62,194 nt of DNA from the IMG/VR virus record IMGVR_UViG_3300032233_000294, positions 1-62,194 of that record; one strand, 5' to 3'. Position 1 is the stretch's first letter. Each line of letters starts with the position of its first letter. Both the position numbers and the translations under genes were made by a program. Below are positions 8,774 through 17,191 of the stretch, piece after piece. The notes under the pieces are model-generated. The model saw only the letters and a program-made list of their open reading frames with translations, made no database searches and had not been told where the DNA came from. The DNA comes from a virus. Taxonomy: Duplodnaviria; Caudoviricetes.

Positions 8774-8801
8774 AATAGGAGAGGCCGAAGCCCCTCCTAT
8801 T
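8774..8801 (-). terminator. 12-bp cUUCGg hairpin after ORF 8803
   Basis: AATAGGAGGGGC-TTCG-GCCTCTCCTATT; weak U tract. Confidence 0.6.
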
Positions 8802-8802
8802 A

Positions 8803-8997
8803 CTAACTGCGCATTGCCCTAGCTAGAGACCTACCAATCATGGCCCGAACGTGGAGCACATCAGCGTGCTTGTCTGGGTCTTCCTCCTTTAGCTTGGCCA
8901 AGTCCTCGGGGTATAAACCCATACAGTACATGATGTGCTCGATGCCATACTTAGAGTATGTATCGCCGGTGAAAGGGGCCGAAGCCCCGTCCTTCAT
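8803..8997 (-). CDS. Hypothetical protein (64 aa)
   Basis: AAGGAGG RBS; ATGA-coupled start MKDGASAP. Confidence 0.6.
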   Translation of the reverse strand: MKDGASAPFTGDTYSKYGIEHIMYCMGLYPEDLAKLKEEDPDKHADVLHVRAMIGRSLARAMRS

Positions 8998-9158
8998 GCT
9001 GCCTCCTTCAGCGCTAGTATTGACCATGTGACTACTACTGTTCCCCACATGGTAGCGCCGAGGTACAACCACATGCCTTGTGGGATCAGACCATAGAGGC
9101 CAACACCTAGTGTCACTGTACCGATGATGGCCGTGAGGCCGAGGTATACATTATTCAT
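8994..9158 (-). CDS. 54-aa two-TM membrane protein (not in ORF track)
   Basis: AAGGAG RBS; MNNVYLGLTAIIGTVTLGVGLYGLIPQGMWLYLGATMWGTVVVTWSILALKEAA. Confidence 0.7.
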   Translation of the reverse strand: MNNVYLGLTAIIGTVTLGVGLYGLIPQGMWLYLGATMWGTVVVTWSILALKEAA

Positions 9159-9159
9159 A

Positions 9160-9324
9160 TCAAGCTCCTTGGATTAGTTTCGCAGTTACTAAAGAGTAAC
9201 CATCTATTGCTAGCGTTGCCCTGATACATGCTATGGCGTGTTCAGTATCTCTGACTAGACGTACACTCATTACGCCGCCCCATTGATGTCCATCAGAGTC
9301 TTTAAAGGTGATGGTAAAAGACAT
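9160..9324 (-). CDS. 54-aa hypothetical protein (not in ORF track)
   Basis: AGGAG RBS; MSFTITFKDSDGHQWGG...; stop lies 1 nt from the next start. Confidence 0.65.
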   Translation of the reverse strand: MSFTITFKDSDGHQWGGVMSVRLVRDTEHAIACIRATLAIDGYSLVTAKLIQGA

Positions 9325-9341
9325 ATCAATCTCCTAGAGTT

Positions 9342-9365
9342 AAAGAAGAGGGGCCGAAGCCCCTC
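9342..9365 (-). terminator. cUUCGg hairpin terminator
   Basis: GAGGGGC-TTCG-GCCCCTC followed by TTCTTT. Confidence 0.7.
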
Positions 9366-9370
9366 GATGG

Positions 9371-9589
9371 TTAGCGGTAGTAACGTACCGCGATGCGTTG
9401 ACCAAACACGTTGGTGACCTTGCTGAACTGCTGTCTTGCTACAGCCAGCTTGCGACTATGCAACCACACCCACTCCAGTGCGCCAGACTTAGTCCATGTC
9501 TTATGCACTGATGCACCAGACGGAAGGTACACCGAGGCGGTGTAGATACCATGGGTACGAATCCACTTACGTACTGCTTGCATGATCAT
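9371..9589 (-). CDS. First gene of the leftward arm, basic hypothetical protein
   Basis: GGAG RBS; follows promoter 9635-9664. Confidence 0.65.
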   Translation of the reverse strand: MIMQAVRKWIRTHGIYTASVYLPSGASVHKTWTKSGALEWVWLHSRKLAVARQQFSKVTNVFGQRIAVRYYR

Positions 9590-9634
9590 GTCAATCTCCA
9601 TATCTGCATTGCACTATTGCCCTGCATTGAATAC

Positions 9635-9664
9635 AGATTACCGTAAACAGGGGGCATAAGTAAA
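9635..9664 (-). promoter_or_regulatory. Probable sigma70 promoter
   Basis: TTTACT-18 bp-TAATCT. Confidence 0.55.
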
Positions 9665-9674
9665 GTTTGGCAAG

Positions 9675-10175
9675 GGGACGCCCCCCCCACCCCCCACCCC
9701 CCAAGCCCTGCAATGGGTCCCCCCGCATACCCCATACCCCCTAACACGCACAAATAACTCTATATTTTTTCCAAACTCCACCCGAATTACACAGGACCTT
9801 TTATTCAAACAGGTGTCATCCCTGACTAATTACACAGCACCTACACGCAAACGATTACCCCAAAACGCCATACATCCTGTCCAACCTGTCCAATTACACA
9901 GAACCTTTATCCAAAACAGGTGGCAAGCCCGGCAAGCCCCCCTCCAATTACACACCCCGGTCCTTCCGAAAATATATTTTATGTAAAGTAAAACACGGAC
10001 CGACTGCTGGGTGTAATTCGCAAGAACCTAGCATCCATGCGGGTTTTCAGCCGATTAGGTGTGGCTAGCCGCTGCACCTTATTGCCATTTCAATCCCTTT
10101 CTAAAGTACCCCCACCCCCTGTCCAAATTACACACGACCGTCGATCCTTGGACTTCTTGGACACCCCCCCCGGGT
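9675..10175. repeat. Non-coding divergence region with C-tracts and six AATTACAC repeats; candidate packaging site or genome end
   Basis: AATTACAC at 9785, 9828, 9892, 9946, 10126 and inverted at 10011; about 30-bp imperfect repeat at 9785 and 9892; poly-C runs 9681-9741. Confidence 0.6.
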
Positions 10176-10193
10176 AGGATTCCTAACCTCCCC

Positions 10194-10223
10194 TTGCGCA
10201 AAGATATATTTTTCTGTTACATT
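10194..10223 (+). promoter_or_regulatory. Probable promoter of the virion operon
   Basis: TTGCGC-18 bp-TACATT with a TGn extended -10. Confidence 0.5.
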
Positions 10224-10254
10224 TAAACTAACTGCCGAAGGAGCCTTCGCTGAC

Positions 10255-10827
10255 ATGGACCAGATAATGCCGCATATCGAGGAGAACATTCCTCTGCCAC
10301 AGAACGCAAAAGAGGCGTTCCCCGATCTATCACCTGCCGAAGAGTTGCAGATGCGGGCCAATGTCATCAAGCTAATGTCTGACCTTACAGGTCAGCAGAT
10401 ATCCCCTACTAAAGACAACGCAGATCAAGCTACAGAACTAGCTCGTAAGATGGCGCAAGACCCCAAACATAGACCAGAGTTTGCTAAATATCCCAACGAA
10501 ACATTAGCGTTTCTTGCGGGTATGGTTGCGCAGATGAACGTGTCTATTGTTGAAGAGCTGTCCGACTTCAAGCTGTACGTGGTCAACAAGCTCGTGCATG
10601 AGATTGAGCATGCACGTGACCCCAAAGCACGCCTTACTGCCATAAGAAACTTAGGTGAAGTAGATGGTGTAGACGCATTCAAGAAACGCACAGAGATTAC
10701 ACACAAGATCATGACTGCCGAAGAGGTAGAAAAAGAACTTCTAGAGACTTTAGAAAGTCTAGAAAGTAAGGTCATCGACGTTGAAGCTCGTGAAGTGATA
10801 AAGAATGAGTCAAACACTGACACCTGA
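10255..10827 (+). CDS. Probable terminase small subunit
   Basis: Directly upstream of and overlapping TerL; helical; RLTAIRNLGEV...VDAF and VIDVE tail. Confidence 0.6.
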   Translation: MDQIMPHIEENIPLPQNAKEAFPDLSPAEELQMRANVIKLMSDLTGQQISPTKDNADQATELARKMAQDPKHRPEFAKYPNETLAFLAGMVAQMNVSIVEELSDFKLYVVNKLVHEIEHARDPKARLTAIRNLGEVDGVDAFKKRTEITHKIMTAEEVEKELLETLESLESKVIDVEAREVIKNESNTDT

Positions 10828-12322
10828 AGCTATTTTTAAGCTGCGACAAGCCTTGCCGGGCATGCCTGACAAGCAGAAAAGACGCACGCTTGATCTGTTA
10901 AAACAGTACGACGCTGGCATGACCCAGAGCATGGGTAAGGAGAGCTTCCTTGACTTCATTAACCACGTCTACCCGGGCTATAAAGTTGGACCTCACCATC
11001 TCAAACTTATTCAAATCTTTGAGGATATTGCTGCTGGCAAGAAAAAACGAGTCATTGTTAATATTGCTCCACGACATGGTAAGTCTGAGCTCATATCCTA
11101 TCTTGCGCCCGCATGGTTTCTCGGTAAGTATCCTCAGAAAAAAATTATCATGGGGTCTCACACGGCAGATCTGGCTGTTAACTTTGGCCGTCGCGTGCGT
11201 AACCTCGTTGGATCGGAAGCGTATAAGGGAATATTTCCGCAAGTAGAGTTGCAGTCCGACTCTAAATCTGCTTCACGATGGGGGACAAACTTCAATGGCG
11301 AATATTTTGCTATCGGTGTTGGAGGCGCTCTTGCTGGTAGGGGTGCTGACTTGTTTATCATTGATGATCCTCACTCTGAGCAAGAAGCTAAAACAGGTAG
11401 GCCAGATGTTTTCCTACCTGCTTGGGAATGGTTCCAGTCTGGCCCTTTGCAGCGTCTTATGCCGGGAGGCGCAATCATTATTGTGATGACTCGTTGGTCC
11501 AAATTGGACCTGACGGGCATGATAGTGCAGCAAACTGAGCGAAATGAAGACGTCGATGCGTGGGAAGTGGTTGAGTTCCCAGCAATTAAAGAGGATGGAG
11601 AGGCGCTTTGGCCTGAGTTTTGGCCCGTAGAGGAATTACTTTCTAAAAAAGCTGCATTGGATGTGCGTTATTGGAATGCGCAGTACATGCAGCAGCCCAC
11701 TTCTGAGGAAGGGGCGCTAATTAAGAGGGAATGGTGGAAAATTTGGGAGAAAGAAGACCCTCCCGAGTGCGATTTCATCATTATGTCGCTCGATGCCGCA
11801 CAAGAAGCTAACAACAGGGCTGATTACAACGCTCTGACCACTTGGGGCGTGTTTTTTAACGAAGAAACGAACAACTTCGCCATTATTTTGTTGAATGCGA
11901 TTAAAAAGCGGATGGAATACCCAGAACTTAAGAAGATGGTGCTTGAGGAGTACAAGGAGTGGGAGCCGGATGCGTTCATGGTGGAGAAGAAATCCAACGG
12001 ATCGGCGCTATATCAAGAGTTTAGGCGCATGGGCGTGCCTGTAGGAGAGTTTACGCCGGGCAAAGGGCAGGACAAAATAGCAAGGGTAAACGCGGTGTCC
12101 GACTTATTTGCGTCAGGCATCGTGTACGCGCCCGATCGGCGGTGGGCTAAGGAAGTAATAGAAGAGTGCAATGACTTCCCAGCTGGTACTAACGACGATT
12201 TGGTGGACTCTACAACCCTTGCACTGTTAAGATTCCGGCAAGGTGGGTTTCTACGCCTTCCGACAGATGAACCGGAAGATAATTTTTTAAAGCCATATCG
12301 CAAAAAAGCCGCATACTATTAA
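10805..12322 (+). CDS. terL: Terminase large subunit
   Basis: Walker A APRHGKS, GRGADLFIIDDPH, VMTRW; nuclease acidic residues SLDAA, VEKK, DDLVD. Confidence 0.95.
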   Translation: MSQTLTPEAIFKLRQALPGMPDKQKRRTLDLLKQYDAGMTQSMGKESFLDFINHVYPGYKVGPHHLKLIQIFEDIAAGKKKRVIVNIAPRHGKSELISYLAPAWFLGKYPQKKIIMGSHTADLAVNFGRRVRNLVGSEAYKGIFPQVELQSDSKSASRWGTNFNGEYFAIGVGGALAGRGADLFIIDDPHSEQEAKTGRPDVFLPAWEWFQSGPLQRLMPGGAIIIVMTRWSKLDLTGMIVQQTERNEDVDAWEVVEFPAIKEDGEALWPEFWPVEELLSKKAALDVRYWNAQYMQQPTSEEGALIKREWWKIWEKEDPPECDFIIMSLDAAQEANNRADYNALTTWGVFFNEETNNFAIILLNAIKKRMEYPELKKMVLEEYKEWEPDAFMVEKKSNGSALYQEFRRMGVPVGEFTPGKGQDKIARVNAVSDLFASGIVYAPDRRWAKEVIEECNDFPAGTNDDLVDSTTLALLRFRQGGFLRLPTDEPEDNFLKPYRKKAAYY

Positions 12323-12330
12323 GAACTTGT

Positions 12331-12594
12331 ATGACTACACAAAAGTTTATGGGACGTAATCAGTTAGTTGACCGCCTTGCGGCGCAGGTCGGCAACAAAG
12401 ACACGGCGATTGCCATACTTAAAAAACGTGGGCACATGACCGAAAGCGGGGCACTAACAGTAGCAGGACAAAAACGAAACATGATGACCGCTGAAGAACG
12501 AGCAAAAGATCGCGCAGCAAAAAGTAGCGGACACCCCGCAAAAGATTTTAAATATTTAGCCCAGACAAACAGGGCAACTTTAAAGGGTAAATGA
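12331..12594 (+). CDS. Basic hypothetical protein
   Basis: 87-aa ORF between TerL and portal, ATGA-coupled. Confidence 0.7.
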   Translation: MTTQKFMGRNQLVDRLAAQVGNKDTAIAILKKRGHMTESGALTVAGQKRNMMTAEERAKDRAAKSSGHPAKDFKYLAQTNRATLKGK

Positions 12595-15119
12595 TGGCTA
12601 CAAATATGGATAAATCTCTGTATCAAGCACCGCAAGGACTCGACCAATTGGGGCAAGATGCGGAGCCAATTGAGATTGAGATTGAAGACCCTGAAGCGGT
12701 ACGCATTAAAGCAGGGGATGTGGAAATTGAGATCGAGCCAACAGAAGACGATGACGAGTTCAGTAAGAACTTGGCCGAGGATATGCCCGACAGTGTTCTT
12801 GCCACCCTTGCCAGTGAGTTAATTGCAGACTATGAGGCTGACGTGTCTGCACGTAAAGACTGGGTGCAGACCTATGTGGATGGCCTAGAACTATTAGGCT
12901 TGAAGATTGAAGAAAGAACAGAGCCTTGGCCCGGCGCTTGCGGCGTATACCACCCGCTATTGACTGAAGCAGTTGTGAAGTTCCAAGCTGAGACCATGAT
13001 GGAGACGTTCCCTGCGTCTGGCCCTGTCAAGAGCAAGATTATTGGCAAAGAAACTATTGAGAAAAAAGAAGCAGCGGAGCGGGTTCAGGAAGACATGAAC
13101 TACCAGCTTACTGACGTGATGAAAGAGTACAGGCCTGAGCATGAGCGCATGCTCTGGGGTCTGGGCCTTGCTGGTAATGCGTTCAAGAAGGTGTACTACG
13201 ACCCAGCATTCGGTCGGCAAGTATCTATGTATGCGCCAGCAGAAGATGTGGTCGTGCCTTACGGTGCTTCAAGTCTTGCCGATGCAGAACGTATCACGCA
13301 CGTCATGCGCAAGAACCCAAACGACTTGAAACGCTTGCAGCATGAAGGCTTCTACCGCGATATTGATCTGGGTGAACCTACTCAGACAATGGATGAAGTA
13401 GAGAAGCGTATTGCGGAGAAAATGGGCTTTCGCGCAACACAAGATGATCGGTTTAAATTACTGGAGATGCAGGTTGATCTAGACCTTAAAGGCTATGAAC
13501 ACAAAGATGAAGATAGCGGCGAAGAGACAGGTATTGCCCTTCCATACATCGTTACGATTGAGAAGGGTACAACAAACATCCTTGCGATCCGCCGCAACTG
13601 GGAACCGGATGACAAACTTAACCAGAAACGCACGCACTTCGTTCACTACGGTTACATTCCCGGCTTCGGTTTTTATAATTTTGGCCTTGTCCACCTTATT
13701 GGTGCTTTTGCTAAATCTGGTACTTCTATTCTTCGTCAGTTGGTTGACGCTGGAACTCTATCTAACCTCCCCGGAGGTTTTAAGACTCGAGGACTACGTA
13801 CCAAAGGTGACGACACCCCAATCTCCCCGGGCGAGTTCCGTGATGTAGACGTTCCTAGCGGCTCGATGCGTGACAACATCATGCCCTTGCCGTACAAGGA
13901 ACCATCACAGGTCTTGGCGGCGCTGCTCAACCAGATCATTGAAGAAGGCCGCAAGTTTGCTGGTGCTGTGGAGTTGCAGACATCGGACATGTCCGCACAG
14001 GCTCCCGTGGGCACGACTCTGGCCATCCTTGAGCGTCAGCTCAAAACGATGAGTGCTGTTCAGGCTCGCATTCACTACTCAATGAAACAAGAGTTCAGGC
14101 TCTTGAAAGTAATCATCCGCGACTATACGCCGCCTACGTACAGTTACGAGCCGATTGATGGCGGGCGGCGTGCGAAGCAGTCTGACTATGACATGGTCGA
14201 TATCATCCCAGTGAGTGATCCGAACGCTGCGACGATGGCTCAGAAAGTTGTTCAGTATCAGGCTGCGTTGCAGCTTGCGCAGACGGCTCCACAGTTGTAC
14301 GACTTGCCGCTTTTGCATCGTCAGATGCTCGATGTGCTAGGTATCAAGAACTACCAGAAGCTTGTTCCGATGAACGATGACATGAAGCCTCGTGACCCTG
14401 TTACAGAGAACCAGAACATGCTCAATAACAAGCCTGTTAAAGCGTTCCTGTATCAAGATCATCAAGCCCACATTGCTGTTCACATGGCTATGGCTCAAGA
14501 CCCTCGTATCCAACAGATGCTGGGACAGAATCCTCAATTGGCGCAGCAGCTTATGGCTGCGGGTTCGGCGCACGTTGCTGAGCATTTGGGTATGGAGATG
14601 CGTAAGCAGATGGAGCAGGCTATGGGCCAGACGCTTCCTCCGTACAACGAAGATGCGGACGAAGTTGAGATGTCTCCAGAGATGGAGGTTCGGGTGTCTC
14701 AGATGGCTGCGCAGGCTGCACAACAGCTCTTACAGCAGGCTCAGCAACAGGCTCAGCAGCAGAAGAACAAGCAGATGCAAGAAGATCCGCTTATCCAGTT
14801 GCAACAAGCTGAGCTTCAGCTTAAAGGGCAAGATTTGCAACGCAAGGCAGCTAAAGATCAAAGCGATGCGGCTATCAAGGCAGCGCAGTTGCAGGTCGAG
14901 CGGGATCGCATCAATGCGCAGCAAGAGACTGAAGGCGCAAAAATGGCAATGAAGATGCAAGCTGATAAACAGCAGCAGGATCACACGCATGAGCAAGCTG
15001 GCTTCTCGACGGGTATGGACATGCGCAAGCACCAGATGATGCTGGAGAACCAGCGAGAGGTGGCGCGGATGCAGGCTGAAGTTAGGGCCAAACAACAGAG
15101 ACCGAATAAGGAAGACTGA
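12591..15119 (+). CDS. Portal protein (P22-like, long Gln-rich C-terminal barrel)
   Basis: Position after TerL; HPLLTEAVVKFQA, GNAFKKVYYD, LRQLVDAGTLSNLPGG; coiled-coil tail. Confidence 0.85.
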   Translation: MMATNMDKSLYQAPQGLDQLGQDAEPIEIEIEDPEAVRIKAGDVEIEIEPTEDDDEFSKNLAEDMPDSVLATLASELIADYEADVSARKDWVQTYVDGLELLGLKIEERTEPWPGACGVYHPLLTEAVVKFQAETMMETFPASGPVKSKIIGKETIEKKEAAERVQEDMNYQLTDVMKEYRPEHERMLWGLGLAGNAFKKVYYDPAFGRQVSMYAPAEDVVVPYGASSLADAERITHVMRKNPNDLKRLQHEGFYRDIDLGEPTQTMDEVEKRIAEKMGFRATQDDRFKLLEMQVDLDLKGYEHKDEDSGEETGIALPYIVTIEKGTTNILAIRRNWEPDDKLNQKRTHFVHYGYIPGFGFYNFGLVHLIGAFAKSGTSILRQLVDAGTLSNLPGGFKTRGLRTKGDDTPISPGEFRDVDVPSGSMRDNIMPLPYKEPSQVLAALLNQIIEEGRKFAGAVELQTSDMSAQAPVGTTLAILERQLKTMSAVQARIHYSMKQEFRLLKVIIRDYTPPTYSYEPIDGGRRAKQSDYDMVDIIPVSDPNAATMAQKVVQYQAALQLAQTAPQLYDLPLLHRQMLDVLGIKNYQKLVPMNDDMKPRDPVTENQNMLNNKPVKAFLYQDHQAHIAVHMAMAQDPRIQQMLGQNPQLAQQLMAAGSAHVAEHLGMEMRKQMEQAMGQTLPPYNEDADEVEMSPEMEVRVSQMAAQAAQQLLQQAQQQAQQQKNKQMQEDPLIQLQQAELQLKGQDLQRKAAKDQSDAAIKAAQLQVERDRINAQQETEGAKMAMKMQADKQQQDHTHEQAGFSTGMDMRKHQMMLENQREVARMQAEVRAKQQRPNKED

Positions 15120-15319
15120 TGTACCAGACTAAACAAGCTTTAGACCTTCTGGTCAAACAAATTGACGCAAACGTCAGACAAATCGAGGATGACTTAGGAG
15201 CCAAATCTGCTAAGTCTTACGAAGAGTACTGCGAAAAATGTGGGGTTATTACAGGTCTACTCACAGTCCGCAGGAACATTGCAGACCTGACAAAAAACAT
15301 GGAGAACTCGGATGAGTGA
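15119..15319 (+). CDS. Small hypothetical protein
   Basis: Coupled between portal and GroES; YEEY...G...GL pattern. Confidence 0.65.
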   Translation: MYQTKQALDLLVKQIDANVRQIEDDLGAKSAKSYEEYCEKCGVITGLLTVRRNIADLTKNMENSDE

Positions 15320-15731
15320 AACGCCAACGTTGGACTTGAATCAAGCAATCGATCTATCGGCCTTGATGTACAAGAAAGCAGAGGAGAAAGCAAAGCAGTT
15401 ACCAAAGCCAGCAGGCTATCGGATTCTTTGCGCAATTCCGGAAGCGGAAAAGCAATTTGAAGATAGCGAAGTTGGTTTGATTAAAGCAGACGAAACTATG
15501 CGCAACGAAGAGACCCTCACAACGGTCTTGTTTGTAGTTGCGCTTGGACCAGACTGTTACAAAGATACAACAAAGTTCCCGACAGGACCTTGGTGTAAAG
15601 AAGGCGACTTTATTTTAATCCGGCCTTATGCTGGCTCACGATTGGTCATCCACGGTAAAGAGTTCCGCATCATCAACGACGATACTGTAGAAGGTATTGT
15701 TGACGATCCACGCGGCATAAAACGCAAATAA
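15312..15731 (+). CDS. groES: GroES-like co-chaperonin
   Basis: PAGYRIL, VVALGPDCY, KEGDFI, YAGSRL..HGKEFRIINDDTVEGIV match the Cpn10 pattern. Confidence 0.85.
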   Translation: MSETPTLDLNQAIDLSALMYKKAEEKAKQLPKPAGYRILCAIPEAEKQFEDSEVGLIKADETMRNEETLTTVLFVVALGPDCYKDTTKFPTGPWCKEGDFILIRPYAGSRLVIHGKEFRIINDDTVEGIVDDPRGIKRK

Positions 15732-15740
15732 GGAGCGCAC

Positions 15741-16721
15741 ATGCCTAAATTCAGCGACACCTATAAGTTTCCCGACGAGCAAGACGATAAGGGTAAACCC
15801 GAAGATACCCTTGATATCTCGGTTGAGGGCGACGAAATTGAGATTAAAGTAGACATAAAAGACGATACTCCCCCCGAAGATCGGTTCGTAGAACCCCTTC
15901 CCAACAGCATCAAAGAGGACTTGGAGCAAGCCGACGACTCTGAGGACTACTCCCATAACGTAAAGCTTAAATTTAAGCAATACAAGAAGGCTTGGCACGA
16001 CGAGCGCAGGGAAAAAGAGGCTGCAATACGTGAGCAACAGGAGTCTTTAGCTGTTGCACAGCGTATTCTTGATGAGAACCGTAAGCTCAAAAACGTCCTG
16101 CAATCGGGCGAAAAAGAGCTTATTTCTACATATCAGAACTCCGCTGAAATGGAAGTTGATAAGGCTAATCGCAACTACAAAGAAGCCTACGATTCGGGTG
16201 ATTCCGATAAGCTACTTGAAGCCCAGCAGGAAATGATCCGTGCCCAGCTTAAGTTAGATAAAGCAAAAAATTTCAGGCCCACTGTACAAACTCAAGAAAA
16301 TGATGTACAAATCACCCCACAGAGGTCTCAAAACCCTCAGATGGACCCGAAAGTTGCGTCATGGGTGTCAAAAAACCCATGGTTCGTTGACCAGAATAAA
16401 CGATCTATGCGCAGATATGCTGAAGGTGTCCACGAGGATTTGGAGTCTAAGTATGGTCGTGGTTTCATCGGTACAGATGAGTACTATGAAGCGATCAATA
16501 AAGAAGTACAACGCAGATTCCCAGAAGAATTTAGCGGCTCTTCTACCAACGATGAGGAAGAAAAACCTCAACGTACAAAACCAAGCACGGTAGTCGCGCC
16601 AGCGAAACGGAGCACCGCACCCAAAAAAGTGGTTCTCTCTAAGACGCAGGTGGGCTTGGCGAAGAAATTTGGATTAACCAACGAGCAATATGCTCGTGAA
16701 CTCATGAAATTGGAGGCCTAA
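15741..16721 (+). CDS. Probable capsid scaffolding protein
   Basis: Acidic N-terminus, long coiled coil, C-terminal LSKTQVGLAKKFGLTNEQYA; upstream of capsid genes. Confidence 0.65.
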   Translation: MPKFSDTYKFPDEQDDKGKPEDTLDISVEGDEIEIKVDIKDDTPPEDRFVEPLPNSIKEDLEQADDSEDYSHNVKLKFKQYKKAWHDERREKEAAIREQQESLAVAQRILDENRKLKNVLQSGEKELISTYQNSAEMEVDKANRNYKEAYDSGDSDKLLEAQQEMIRAQLKLDKAKNFRPTVQTQENDVQITPQRSQNPQMDPKVASWVSKNPWFVDQNKRSMRRYAEGVHEDLESKYGRGFIGTDEYYEAINKEVQRRFPEEFSGSSTNDEEEKPQRTKPSTVVAPAKRSTAPKKVVLSKTQVGLAKKFGLTNEQYARELMKLEA

Positions 16722-16722
16722 G

Positions 16723-17172
16723 ATGGCTGAAAGCAGATTACAACGCGAGATTACAAGTAGAACTTCTCAAGAGCGCCCTAAGCAGTGGCAGCAGGCGGAA
16801 CTTCTACCGGAGCCTGATAAGACTCCGGGCTATGCGTACAGATGGATTCGGGTTTCTACTTTAGACAAGGCTGATAATCGCAACGTTTCCGCTAAATTGC
16901 GTGAAGGTTGGGAAGTGGTGAGTGTAGAAGAGCAACCTAAGTTTCAACTGCTAATCGATCCCAATAGCCGTTTTAAGAACAGCATTGAGATTGGTGGATT
17001 GTTACTTTGCAAAACTCCTTCTGAGTTTATTGGTCAGCGAGCTAGACACTTTGCTGATATAACGCAGGCACAGGCGGATGCTGTAGATAACAATTTAATG
17101 CGTCAAAGCGATGCGCGGATGCCGATCTTTAATGAACGGAAATCTTCGACTAGCTTTGGTAAAGGTACTTAA
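16723..17172 (+). CDS. Conserved head-module protein
   Basis: GYAYRWIR...REGWE...GGLLLCK; located between scaffold and capsid. Confidence 0.7.
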   Translation: MAESRLQREITSRTSQERPKQWQQAELLPEPDKTPGYAYRWIRVSTLDKADNRNVSAKLREGWEVVSVEEQPKFQLLIDPNSRFKNSIEIGGLLLCKTPSEFIGQRARHFADITQAQADAVDNNLMRQSDARMPIFNERKSSTSFGKGT

Positions 17173-17191
17173 ATTTTTATAGGAGTCTTAA

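Noticed and set aside
6855-8775. CRISPR or mini-CRISPR array
   Set aside because: Repeats are separated by whole genes or occur only twice with a 20-bp gap, and there is no cas operon
8971-8995. GGGGCTTCGGCCCC hairpin as a terminator
   Set aside because: It lies just inside ORF 8803-8997 with only a short U run; it may be a relic of a duplicated cassette end but is not supportable as a terminator
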